From contig JAMWBK010000009.1 in assembly GCA_029953675.1 (NCBI GenBank), positions 1,302,001-1,366,000 of the forward strand: a stretch of 64,000 bases of DNA, given 5' to 3'. A model generated the notes under the pieces. It made no database searches. It had not been told where the DNA came from and worked only from the letters and a program-made list of their open reading frames with translations. Made by a program: the position numbers and the translations under genes. Below, piece by piece: positions 52,901-64,000 of the stretch. How positions within the stretch are numbered: position 1 is the stretch's first letter; every line of letters starts with the position of its first letter. This DNA is from Rhodosorus marinus CCMP1338. Its lineage: Eukaryota; Plantae; Rhodophyta.

Positions 52901-55900
52901 CATGCTTTCCTCCCTCAACAGATCATCCCTACTTCTCGATGACGGTAATACAATAGTGTGACAGACCCGGCGGAGGACCTGGAAGAGTATTCATTCGACA
53001 TCTGACGATATGCTTGTCTCCGTGAAACAGTACCTTTGTTCAGCACCAGCGAGAAGGTGTCCCTTAGTGTGAGGAACTTTAACTCTGAGCTGAGATGCAT
53101 ACTGGACGTTGCGAGCTGGAGAATTGACCTCCAAAAGTCAACCGTACAAAACCTATCGTCGCTGCTTGCAGGTCGAACAACGCCGACTCCTAGTAGCAAG
53201 GTAAGCATGAGTGGATGTTAAGTTTTCTGCCTTTGGACTTGTTTAAAGCTTGTTGTATCTGTGCAGGATCCGGCACTTCAGGGGCCCGAGCTTCCTTGGA
53301 ATCACCTGGACATCGTCTTTAACATCAACGGTGGCAAGTTTCAAACGAAACTGGGTATGGCAATTCCTTATCTTTACCATTCTATTCTGTTTGAAATTTT
53401 GACTGACAAGCCGCGGAGAAGAATGGGCGTTGGTTTGATGTGGCGTCCTGAAGCTTTTACTCCTTTATGTCAGGGCACTATTCTGAGGAAATTCCTTTTC
53501 CAAATGTGAGGTTGGCCATCGTTTCTGATTATTCGAGAGGAGTTGATTTGGTGGATATCGTAGTCCACGAATACAAGGTGGACTTGAGGCCCATAGCATT
53601 AGAAAATTTCGCTAATGTCCTCAGAGAAGTTCAACCTCCTGCTAAGCCTCAAGCTCAGCCACCGGTTGGGAAGGAATCTCGCAAAACGAGGACAGGTGAA
53701 GACTCGAGTGCTTCGCATCAGCCGAGGATTTCAGGTGGCCATGCAAAGCGTCCTGGTTCTACTCACCGTCGCGGGCGTAAATTGAGCATCTTGCTAAGAA
53801 CTGGAAAGCTGAACATAGCGGGTAAACGGCTCTCTCCACTGGTGGACTGGACAACATAAAGACCGCCATTACCATAACCGCAGAGCAACTGATCATGTGC
53901 ACTTGTGGTTGAATAGGTGTGGAGCAGGTTAGCGGTGGTCTTTTCTTGAGATTTGGGTTGAGGTGCATGCAAGGAGTTCAGATATTTGCGTCTCATACGC
54001 ATGGGAAATTCGTTGTGAACCTTAGCTTGGAATCGATGTCACTGCACATTGGCACCAAAAACATGAACAGAGTCCAACCCCTGTCTATAAACCTTGGCAG
54101 AGTTAGAGCCTTGATCGGCCAAGCGAGATCCACAGCGCACGTGCAGGAGTTGACCATGAACTGCCATCTCTTGAGTGTGATTGCAATGCTCGTAAGTACG
54201 ACTGTTCAATTCTGGCGCGACTTTTCGGAGTATCCTGAAGCATCGCTTGTCGTATGATTTACGTTCTTGCGACGACCACAGAAGGCGGCAACACCGCCAG
54301 CCAAGCCGGGAAATATACGGAAAATTTCTGGGCTGGAAGAACCTTCGTCTGTCCACGACACGACGGGCCTGAACTATATTTGCTTGTTGTTTGGCTATCA
54401 CGGGATGCCACCGAAGCCCTCCGGACGCACTAAACTGCCTCTTCCTGTATGGCTTGCGCTGAATATGACCCAACCAAGCGGTGATATCGGCATCGGTCTT
54501 AATAGTGCACGGGTCGAGCTCAAGGAGCGGACAGTAGATCTGTCGGTGGCAAAATTCGATACCAGGCTTCGTTGGGAGAGTTTGCGAGGAATCTTTCAGC
54601 TGCGGCAAGCGAGATATGAGCACAATCCAAGCGGCACTACTTTCGGTGCGATTTGGGGTTTGAAGACCATTGCTAGCCGCGCCTCGAGCTTCCCCTTCCT
54701 AGAGGGGGAACTGGCATTCGCCAAGTTTTCCGTATACCATGAGAGGAAAGAATCGTTCGAGCATGTCCGATCGTTGCGAAAGATTGCGCTTAGAGTATCT
54801 GAGTGTCGGACAAAAGTTTCCTCAAACTCCATACCGGCTTCGAAGCGCTTCACAACGCTCTTGAGTCGCTTGCTAACGGACTCGAGTGACATCGTAGGTC
54901 CCAGCAAATTTGATTTCTGAACTAGTGGGTTGGTTGAGCTTGGTTCCTAATCTGCATCATTCTCGTCCCGTCGAAAACAGAGCTCAGCATTCACGCGGGG
55001 TCGAGGACTAACACTTGCAGTCCCGTTCAATAACGATTCGGAGGACTCCACCTCAGTATCGGGTGGTCCTTCGGCGCAACCAGCGGCAGCGGCCATAGTA
55101 GAGTTTATTGAAGGCGACATCATGGCTTTTGTCGACGTCCTCGAAGTGGCCGCTCATCGGTTTTCATTTGAAGAACCAGATCGCGTTGTTCTCCACCTTC
55201 GCGAGTGTAACCTTCATTATTCGCAGGCTTGGGAGGCTTTGCTTCTCCTACAACATTTGCACATGAGCTTTGAAAATTTCCAGATATTCGTCGGGTAAGC
55301 GTTCCATGCACAGAAGCTCTCCCCTTACCCTTGGAGAATCGTACAAGCCTCGTAAAGAATTAACGTGCGTTTGAGCAACGGACCTCGATCCTTCGACTGC
55401 AGGAATGGGAGGTTGACATCAGTGCCAAGATCGGACACTCAACTTATCTGCGAAGAGGAAGGAAATCGACTATCCTTTCACTTCAGCGCGAGCTTCTCAG
55501 ACGAAGTCGAGATCTCCTCAACCGCAACACTGTACAGAAATCTGACTGATATGGTCAAGATTTTCCTGAGCTCGAGTACTCCAAGAATCCGTACTGTCCC
55601 TGGTCCGCCAGACGATGCGCAGGAGGTGCTAAGACAGCACCACGATGATAGTCTCGAAGTCGGCAACGGGTGAGCAACACCTTTCTGCCTTTTGTGCTCG
55701 CATCATGTACTTCTTCGAACAGTTCATTGAAAGAGCCTCTTTCCATGTGTGCGTGCCTCGCAGCGACGAGAGAACGGTGGTACCCAACCAAAATAAACCG
55801 GTTGTGTACATCGGGAACAAGAGAGTGCGTATAGAAACCATGGTCTTCTCTCCCCGCCTGCGAGCTTTAGGACAGCTCACGCCATCCCTGGATACAGTCC

Positions 55901-56118
55901 TCGGATGGATGGGTGTTGGAAATGTGAAAGTTATTCCAATCTGGGTATGCAACACAGCAATTAACACCTCTCACGAACGTATGAAATGAATTGAAGAAGA
56001 GAGTATTCGCTTTCCAATCGTGACTTCACAGGTGTACGAGTATTTGGCTGCCCCTCTTGGAAGCTTTCTGGGTTCGTCGAGCACGCTACGCTCCGATGAA
56101 AAAGCAGTCGTGCGATGA
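43974..56118 (+). CDS. BLTP1: Bridge-like lipid transfer protein BLTP1 (KIAA1109/Tweek/Csf1/LPD-3 family); dozens of exons
   Basis: N-terminal TM then FSVGALHIFPLAGMV...IQLMWWR, DKYRIV, YEYEVPG, FMMCHVSILAD...YFIPG and a C-terminal FSPRLRALGQLTPSLDTVLGWMG...IPIW. These match my recollection of BLTP1/Csf1 N- and C-terminal conserved blocks. Beta-rich exons run throughout; not all internal exons were traced. Confidence 0.82.
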
Positions 56119-56573
56119 ACCTACTTAGTCAAATGCTTGGAGCTTTCTCCAAAGGATGATTGACTCTCCCGGTCTATTTAAATGGAAAGAGTGATCGCGA
56201 ATGAGCTCTGCTGAGGTGTTTGCCATGCCACGAAAAACCACCGTCAATCAGCTCAAATGAACCCGTTTCTTTTCGTCTACCTCTACGGCATCAACTATCG
56301 GTTTGGTTTCGTCTCAGTTGTTCCAAAATTTTATTCTTATGTTGTACATCTCTTGACAGGTTGTCAAACCCGATCTATGACCTTGCGTTTCACTCTTCAT
56401 CACTCCCTACACCCGCCACTCGAAAACTTGTTTCCCGAGTACCGCCACATAGTTTCGGCTTGTACGTTCACCGATCTCCAGGCTCGGGAAACGGCTGCGG
56501 TGTTCACGCCGGGGTCAGATACCACCACCTCAGGGGAATTCTAGCTTGGTGAGTTCCAAACCAACAATCTTAG

Positions 56574-59500
56574 TTAACCAATCCCCGGATTTGGGGTGTT
56601 TCCGTGGTTTGACCGGGAGTTCGCTAGCTTTGCTCGATTTTCGTGGTTTTGAACTCTCGAATACCCACCGGTATTCGCCGGCGTCTCATCCTCTGCGGGG
56701 TTTGGTCCCGCCGCTTCCGCTTGGGATGCATTTACCAGCATAGCAATTGCTCCACCTACAGGGGATTTGGAAGGAATCGGATGATAGCTACCATTTCCAG
56801 AAGGATGAGAAGCAATCGCCTCCCCGGTCGTACGCGTCACATCAGACGATGCCAGCACACCTCCAGCAGCTAGGGTCACAGGACCTGTAGAAGATTTGCA
56901 TGTCGCTTTGGGAGGAAATTCGCTCTCGGTCCTAGGCTTGGAAGGTCCCAAGTTCTCCTGAAGAACAGGTGGCGTGCTAGTGCTCGGAGCCAGGGTAAGT
57001 GGCACCACTTTAGTTCCCGTGACAGCATTGGCCACACTCTCTGATGATTGCATAACAGCTTTCCCCCGCAATCGGGAATCGGTACCAGTGTGGCCCGTTA
57101 GCACTGGAACTGTTGAAGGTTTACCACCGTTTGAACGCGCCTCATGCACCCCAGCATCTGCAGTCGTTATAGTGGGCACTTCAGGTCCCTTCTCGAAAGC
57201 CCCTACGACAGCAACAGTCTTTTGTGCGGGAAGAATAACACCAAGAGGGATTTGTTCGCTCCTTGACTTCACCGTTTTCGAATCCTCGGCCGTGCGCTCC
57301 GAAGCGACCGTGGGAACCTTGACAAGAACCTGCTCACTTTTCCTTTCAATCGGATTCATTTTCGCAGTATCCACGGCTCCGTCCGAATGGAGGTTGACAG
57401 CAAGTCGCTCAGTTTTCGACTCGGACGTAGACGCGTCCGCAGCTGCACAGAGTTGATTGTCTTCACTGTTGGGTTCGGTTTTCTCCAGATGATGCTTGGC
57501 ACTTCTTGATTGACCCTTTTTCTCCAGCTGAGAGAAAATATCACAAGTAGAACATGTTAGTTCGATGCGACACACTTCACAAACGAGGGAATATCTCTCG
57601 CAGACATACCACATGAGACCGAAGTCTTATAGCAAACTCGCTCTTTAGGAGATTCTTCATATCCGCCGACTCTATCTGCGACAAGACGAACATAGCTACA
57701 TCCAGGACATCGGATTCTTTGTTCGACAGCATGTGGAAGTACTGGTAGCTGAGAAGGTCGATCTATTGAGAACGCAAGGGGAAAAATTGTTGTCAGTCTG
57801 ATAATCTAGATAGGCAAGGCGTTCGTCCAGCTCTAGCATCCTGGAATATTCTAAGTGTGGGAATTGTATGCTTGAACCTACGACTGTTCGATACGTGAGG
57901 TCACTAGCATGCATTTCTGTGTTGAGTATGAAGAGCCGGGAGGATATTTCAAACCTTCTTCTTGTACTTCCAAACGCCCATCTGGAACAAAACTAATGTT
58001 AGTCCAACCAAACTTTTCGGCGTTTTGTATCCTGCTGATATGTATCAATACCTGTAGTCGTTCGCTGGTCTTTGTAACCTGTACCATGCGCCAAGAGCGC
58101 TCTTCACCCACAGAGAAGGATCCGACCCGTAGTCTATGCACCACTCGGTTACTCTATGTATTTCGATCATCTGTGGAAGGGAATCAGACCACGACGGAGG
58201 AACCAAAATTCCCTCCGCGACGATCGCAGTATCAGGGTTCTTGTCAAGGTACTCGAGCTTCGCTGTCTCTCCGCGCGCTCCGATAAAGCGAAATCTATCG
58301 AGAACTCGGTTGGGAGTCTGCCCACAAGAAGAAGCGTGCGATGAGTGAATCGCAAGAGTAACAAATTTCCCCGCAATGAAGAGGCAGGGTGGATTCAGCT
58401 TTCTTACCTCATTGTCGTATGAATGTGCGTATTCCTCGATGTTTTCTAGGTCGCCCTCAGGAACTATCCTCGATGTCCTTGCGGAGAACTGTGCTTCCAA
58501 CAAAGCCATGTTCACCTCGCCGCCGTCGCGGTAATTCGTAAGCCTTCTTGAAGATTCCCGTTGTGGCCGCATGGATGCTGCTGTGGGCAAGACCCCTGTA
58601 GTACTTTTTGCTCGCCTGAGGTACTTCAACTCCCGGTCGCGTGCCCGCTCAGCTTGCTGCAGGACTGATCGCCGTTGATGTCGCTCCTCCTCAAGCTCTT
58701 CTTCCTGCTCGCGCTGTTACCATTTGATGTAAGAGAAAAAAACAACCTGATTAGTTTCTAGTCCAACCATGCAATCGATGCTACCTTCGCTTTGCCCGTA
58801 GCTTCTGACCCAGAACCTTGGCCTAGCTAGATTGAATTGCTCAGCCCCTACCATGCTCCTCTGCACTTGCCGCTCTTCCTCGCGCTTCTTCTCCAATGCA
58901 CTTATCCTCGCCGATCGTTTACCATAAGCATGGTGCTGCTCTATCTCAGTTGCAATTACTCTATCCTGCTTCTCCCTTTCACGGTTTGCCCGTCTCCGAA
59001 CTTCCTCCCACTCGACTTTCAATTCGCTAGTTAGTCTGTTCACTAATGACTTCTCAGTTGGATTTTTCACTACGAAAGCAAACACGTTGTTCCCATAAAA
59101 AAGCACAGGAGCTTGAGCAAACCTTGTTCTCGTCTGTCCGGAGCTGTGCTAACTTTGCTTCGGAGCTCACCATTTCCAAGTGAGTCAACGAACTCTAAGA
59201 GAGAGCCAACCCCATCTGCGACAAGCTCCCACTTCGAGCAGGGCACACGGTCTTGAGCGTCCGTGGCTGAAGCTTTGTCCTCCTCGGCAATCTCTGCCCT
59301 CTCGCCTTCAGAAAATTCCGACCTATCTCGTACCTCGAGATCCAGCGCTCCTTCCTCTTCATCTTGCTCAGATGCCATTGAAGCCCTTGTCCTCCTGCGA
59401 GTACTCACCTAAGGGATCCAGGATAGTTTCAACGACACATCTCAGCACCAATATTGACACATAAGAAAAGATTACCGGAACGTATTGAACTTAAGAACAA

Positions 59501-60637
59501 CAAAGTCGTGCAAACCCCACCCTCCTTGATGGGGTACTCCTTTTTCTTTTTCTCTCCCTTTCCTCGGCGTTTTTGGAGCGCCGCTCTTCTCGCTCCTTTT
59601 GCCTCCTCATTTTCTCCTGGTAGTCCAGATCCGGCTCCCGGTAAAGTCTACTATGATCCCCAAAATACCTTGATTCAAAGCAAAAAGACGTGCACGTGCA
59701 TGAGAATAAATCGGGTGCGGCCGACGATGGGACACTGCTCGCTAGCCTAAACGATACCAGTATGTTGTCATATCTGCGTCATATCCGTATGGCAGGAGGC
59801 GTAGCACATCGGAATCTAAACTCCTGACCTCCTCGCCAACCCGACCATCAAGCTCCGAAAGTTGCTTTTCCAATAGAGCATGAAGGATTTTGCACCTCAG
59901 CTCAGCATCCAGTTTTACGTAGGTTCGCAAGTCCTTGAATCGCTAGATATCAAGGAAAGATTGGAGGGCATGAGAAAAATGTACGTCAAAATAGCTGCTC
60001 CATAGTGCAGTTCACTCTGACGAGTGAATCTTACCAAACCGTCGTCCAGTTCCTCGAAGCCATACGCGGCCCTTGCAGAAGGTCGTGCCAAACTGACTCG
60101 ATCTGGGTTAAACAGGAAGCTGAACGATGTGGGGTTACTTCGAGCGATAGATTTAACTTTGTTGATCCACCTGTTGAAAGATGCTGGTCCTAATCCAAGG
60201 ATTCGGGCATGGATCTCTTCCAGCACCCCTAAGTTTTCATCGGCGTTCATCAAGTATTCCTCTAAGGCAGCAGGTTGTACTTCAGATATGTTCAATCCTG
60301 CGAGACTGAATATGTGCAGCAAACGCCAGGCCGCAGGAAATTCCCACATGGATTGCAAACCTTGCAATACCGTTTCTTTTGGATCCCCAATCTCCGCTTC
60401 AGGCTTGCTCGTTGACTCCGAAGGTACAACTTCTTCCGGCCCATCAGACCGATTCCCACCATTCATTTGAGACTCGTCTACAGCCCCATCCGATTTGACA
60501 GCTTCCTCAACCCCACCTACGCCTTTAGCGTCCTCGTTGTTCGCAGGTTTCTCGCTTTCCGACAACTTCGTTGCTTTCTCTGCGTCTTCATTTGTATCAG
60601 TCAGCTCAGCTGAGGCGACAGCAGCCGCCTCGCCCAT
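56574..60637 (-). CDS. DDT-WHIM1-WSD chromatin protein (DDR4/CECR2-like ISWI partner) with an RFTS (DNMT1-RFD) domain and low-complexity C-terminus; multi-exon; both ends uncertain
   Basis: DDT: LQSMWEFPAAWRLLHIF. WHIM1: YVKLDAELRCKILHALLE. WSD: PYGYDADMTTYW|YFGDHSRLYRE and KWELVAD. RFTS-like: PNRVLDRFRF...AEGILVP...VTEWCIDYGSDPSLWVKSALGAWYRLQRPANDY|RWAF. GTAAG-type donors upstream suggest a spliced 5' UTR or more exons. Confidence 0.8.
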
Positions 60638-62338
60638 CTCTAACCCAAGGAGAACCACAGACGACTCCAATTCAGCAAACATGAACTCACTAACGGAACC
60701 AGTCGAGCCACGGCGTGGATCTACTGCAAACAAAACCGAATCCTGAACTAAACTTACAAAAACAAACGAAAAACAGACGAATCCATACTGGAAAACGAGG
60801 GGGCACAGGCCTCACTCCCAAGCAAAAACAAATTTCACATCCTAAAACACATCAACGCAGATACCCCTAAAAGTCGAACTGTACGAATCCAGACTTGATA
60901 CTTACATCTACGGCCCTTTGGCAAAAGCCAAGCAGATGCTTGCAAAAACAAAAACGACCACCCTCTCCTCGCAGAGACACCGACCCACCCCCCACTTCTC
61001 TTTTCAGTCTACATACAAAATTCAAGTCCCGGTACAATTCTCCCCGACTGATCTCCCTGAGGAGTGACACAACCAATCCGCCTCGTTTTCAAAGGTGGAA
61101 CAGAGGCTTCGGAACTCCTCCCTTCTCACCCTTCCCACAAACCCAAAAAACCACTTTCCAATAACACGGAAAACTCACACCCGAATGAAATCCTCAATTT
61201 CATAGAATTACACCTACCAACCCACCACCCTCCCCAACCCATCCAAAATTATCCCTCTTCCCCGAAATGCTCCAAACCACCTACAAAAACCCTCGCTCGT
61301 TATATCCCTTCTGTCGAAATCCTTTTTTCCAAAAAATGAAAGAAAATACCAAGTCCGTAAACGAGCTGTTACAGTCTCATGATTCCACGAGCAAAACCCC
61401 CCGTAACCCCACACACCATCACTTTGGTTCACTCCCTCGGCCAAGACGCAATTTACGGCTTTCTATCATCCGCACAGCATTAGAGCCTGCGACCACGACT
61501 ATTGTCGTGAAGGAGACCCCTTTTCTTCCTACGAAAAAAGGTTGCTTCCCTTGTTTTCCTTTTCATTTTTTTTATGGTTTTGACTTTTTACGTTTTTCTT
61601 CAAGAGGGGAAAGAATTCGCACGCGTTTCTTTCAAATTTCTAATTTATTTCATAGCAGCTAAATGGGAGTTGATTTAGAACTACCCGCTTTACGACGGTT
61701 CTCTACCGACGACAGGAAAAGCAAGAGGAACTCGGCGTACGAAAAAATATATTTTCTTCTTCAAAATTATGTTATTCAATAAATGCATAGGTGAGGTTCG
61801 CGAACCAGGGGCTCCAAGTGGACGCCCAAAGACGTCCCGCGAGGGTTATATGGAGAGGTACTATGTTCCAGATCTGCACTATTTTAGCAGAAATATGCTC
61901 AGTTTCTCGGATTTAGGGTCGGTACTATGGTAAAGTAGACGTCTGGATGGTGGTGCTATACTTATTGCAAATACGTTAATTGTATTCAATAAACATTCGC
62001 ACTGGCAATCCCACAGAGGGGTAGGAGGCACAAGAGTTTTCCAGTATTTCATCTTATAAAACTAATCTGCTCCATAATGAGCCATTCTCCAACAAAAGGT
62101 ACCCGGTGGATACCTTGATGTTAAAACAACGGACCAAATGCTCAGCGGTTAGGCCGGATAAGTTGACAGACTGTCCAGTATTGGATGCTACTGAGAGGCT
62201 TAGTCCGCTGGTCGTTGGGGGGCGGGGGGAGCCGTCAGCCGTTGGCAAGTTCTTGACTACTTCAATGCCTGCCGAAGCGCCTGAGGTACGATCTTGGTGT
62301 AAGGATTTACTTCGAACTACGTTCGTGATGTGGTGAGA

Positions 62339-63235
62339 ATGTTTGGCCTTTGCATAAGCGGCAGACCTCTCATAACAGATTTTCAACAGGTATCTTCTTC
62401 CGCAACAACTACGGATTTTATTTCTATGCATGAAGCTCTTCTTAGAAGTTCTGGGAACCTTGTGGAGCATCAAGGGATAACCAGGTTCACTGCAATGTGT
62501 TTTTTAGCTGGATCCTTCCGTAAACTGCCAAGCGACATTGTGAAAAGAGCATGACGCAACTTGAGTTCCGGATTATGTATATCAAGGACATCAGCGGATG
62601 GACTGGTTGAAGCGTGGGAATTTTGCTCGTCATTATCTCTCTCTCAATCAAGCTAATACTCAAACGCCCTCTTTGCCAGGTTGAACCGAACAAATTCGTC
62701 TTCGAGGCCGCGGACGCTGATAATATTCACGAGCTTGCGTTTTTCATCCTTCCCGGAAACGTTCTACCCGATGAATATATAGCTTGTCTGTATGCATCAG
62801 GTGCACCGTATGACGATTGGCTACTCGTAGGCTCTGTAACTCAAGACTCGCCGTCTACAATATCTCTCGTTCGTTGGAAGAAACCCGTTGGTGCGGGCTC
62901 CAGCGCAAGGGTTAGTGTTTGTCAGGCGGACACCGAGTAGATGTTCTTGAAACCGATTTCGTGGTTTTCCCCTTTCGCAGTTTGGAGTATCTGTCGAAAC
63001 TAGAGGATCCAGCTCTGCGCTCACTGGCAACACGTTGCGCTCTACCTCGTTCACAATCGACGATACAAAAGAATTTGCCAGGGCCATTGCAACGGATCTT
63101 TTTCGATACCTTGACTCATTCGGGCATTCAGTGGGGCAGCACGCAATGACTACACTCGACAAATGGTTCCTAAGGTTTTCGTCGAAAATGGAACGTGACC
63201 CAGAGTTTTGGAAGCGGATTACAAATCGTGACTAG
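62339..63235 (+). CDS. HIKESHI: Hikeshi/OPI10 (DUF775) Hsp70 nuclear import carrier; three exons
   Basis: MFGLCISGRPLITDFQQ|VEPNKFVF, IHELAFFILPG, WLLVGSVTQDSPSTI, FGVSVE, DLFRYLDSF and LDKWFLRFSSKMERDPEFWK. Confidence 0.92.
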
Positions 63236-63391
63236 TAGTCCAAGACGCTTAATGAGCTGTACTAATTACAAATGGTGTATACAGAACTGTTTTGCGGGAA
63301 AACCCGCGAAGGGAAGATCTGCTTTGCAACTAGTCACGTCGAGATTGACACACGCGCTCTGCAGCCATCATTTTCTCTTATCCAAGCAAGA

Positions 63392-63745
63392 CTAGAGTAC
63401 TGGTAACTATCGGCCAGCGTAGCAAGAATTTCAAACTGTGAAATCGTCCTGAGTTCGGGAAAACCCAACCTTCGACTTCTGACCATTCCCCACAAGCAAG
63501 TCCACGGCAGTCGGACTGTTGCTAGAGACAACCTGTTGTTCCTCACGCTTCTGTTCCGCGATCAAAAACCCTGAGCTGTCGATGAAACTCAGCTTTCCTG
63601 CTCAGGGGTTGCAAGGCGCTCACCAAAAAGATCTCGCATGGAGCACAATACCCAATTGCCCTGCTTGCCGCACGAGTAATCGGCTTGGGTAAGGAAATAA
63701 AAAAAGCAAAAACGCGCATGCTTACCAGCGCTCGATAAAACTCAT
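63392..63745 (-). CDS. Candidate spliced micro-ORF (50 aa; 80 aa from in-frame ATG at 63835) or the 3' part of a longer gene
   Basis: Three GT-AG introns of 65, 73 and 63 nt (63725-63661, 63623-63551, 63469-63407) join MSFIERW|AIGYCAPCEIFL|KREEQQVVSSNSPTAVDLLVGNGQKSK|LPVL*. Confidence 0.35.
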
Positions 63746-64000
63746 ACGCTCGGCATTACCAATAAATGCCAATTTGCTCAGGAGATTCGGGTTTTTCCCC
63801 CGCGCGTGCACTTTGGCTTGACATCCGAGGTCCATGTCACACACACACACACCTTTCCCCAAAACAAAGGTTCGACCAAGAGCCACCAAATGCCCATTGA
63901 CATTTGCCCTCGCTATCCCCTGGGATACTCATTTTAAATTCGATTGGGACCTATTCCAGAACTCTACGTACAGTCAAGCCCTAACAAGCTCTGTCGAAAA

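Noticed and set aside
196-63546. Many antisense or overlapping ORFs in the ORF track (e.g. 10372-11103, 19836-20447, 54039-54623, 56974-57456)
   Set aside because: They are shadow frames opposite identified exons and have no independent motifs.
1-64000. Functional cluster of RNA-processing and chromatin genes (CAF1, PNPase, DHX8, RBM42, ADA2, DDT protein)
   Set aside because: These are common categories in compact eukaryotic genomes, interspersed with unrelated genes, with no shared regulatory signal seen.

Overview
Gene-dense eukaryotic nuclear DNA, GC near 50% by eye, with many short GT-AG introns (mostly about 55-130 nt), so most ORF-track entries are exon fragments or shadow frames. A unicellular red alga is my best guess (short introns, compact intergenic spacers, an AFVGG-type N-terminus on the hydrolase), but the sequence alone cannot confirm this. 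Recognisable genes, left to right: WD40 protein (truncated by the left edge), Zn-CDF/MTP1 transporter, CAF1 deadenylase, inositol monophosphatase, PNPase, alpha/beta hydrolase, NADPH-thioredoxin reductase, SEC63, a small Tudor-like protein, DHX8/PRP22, ADA2, RBM42, a 12-kb BLTP1/Tweek/Csf1 bridge-like lipid transfer gene, a DDT-WHIM1-WSD protein carrying an RFTS domain, and Hikeshi/OPI10. The most notable items are the DDT-WHIM-WSD plus RFTS architecture, the BLTP1 orthologue, a decayed ~157-bp tandem array with a dimeric pattern and a coding-like substitution bias, a duplicated coding module with a candidate orphan gene, and a perfect 17-bp hairpin. I found no rRNA, tRNA, snRNA or CRISPR. Exon boundaries were inferred by hand and family assignments rest on recalled motifs, not database searches.
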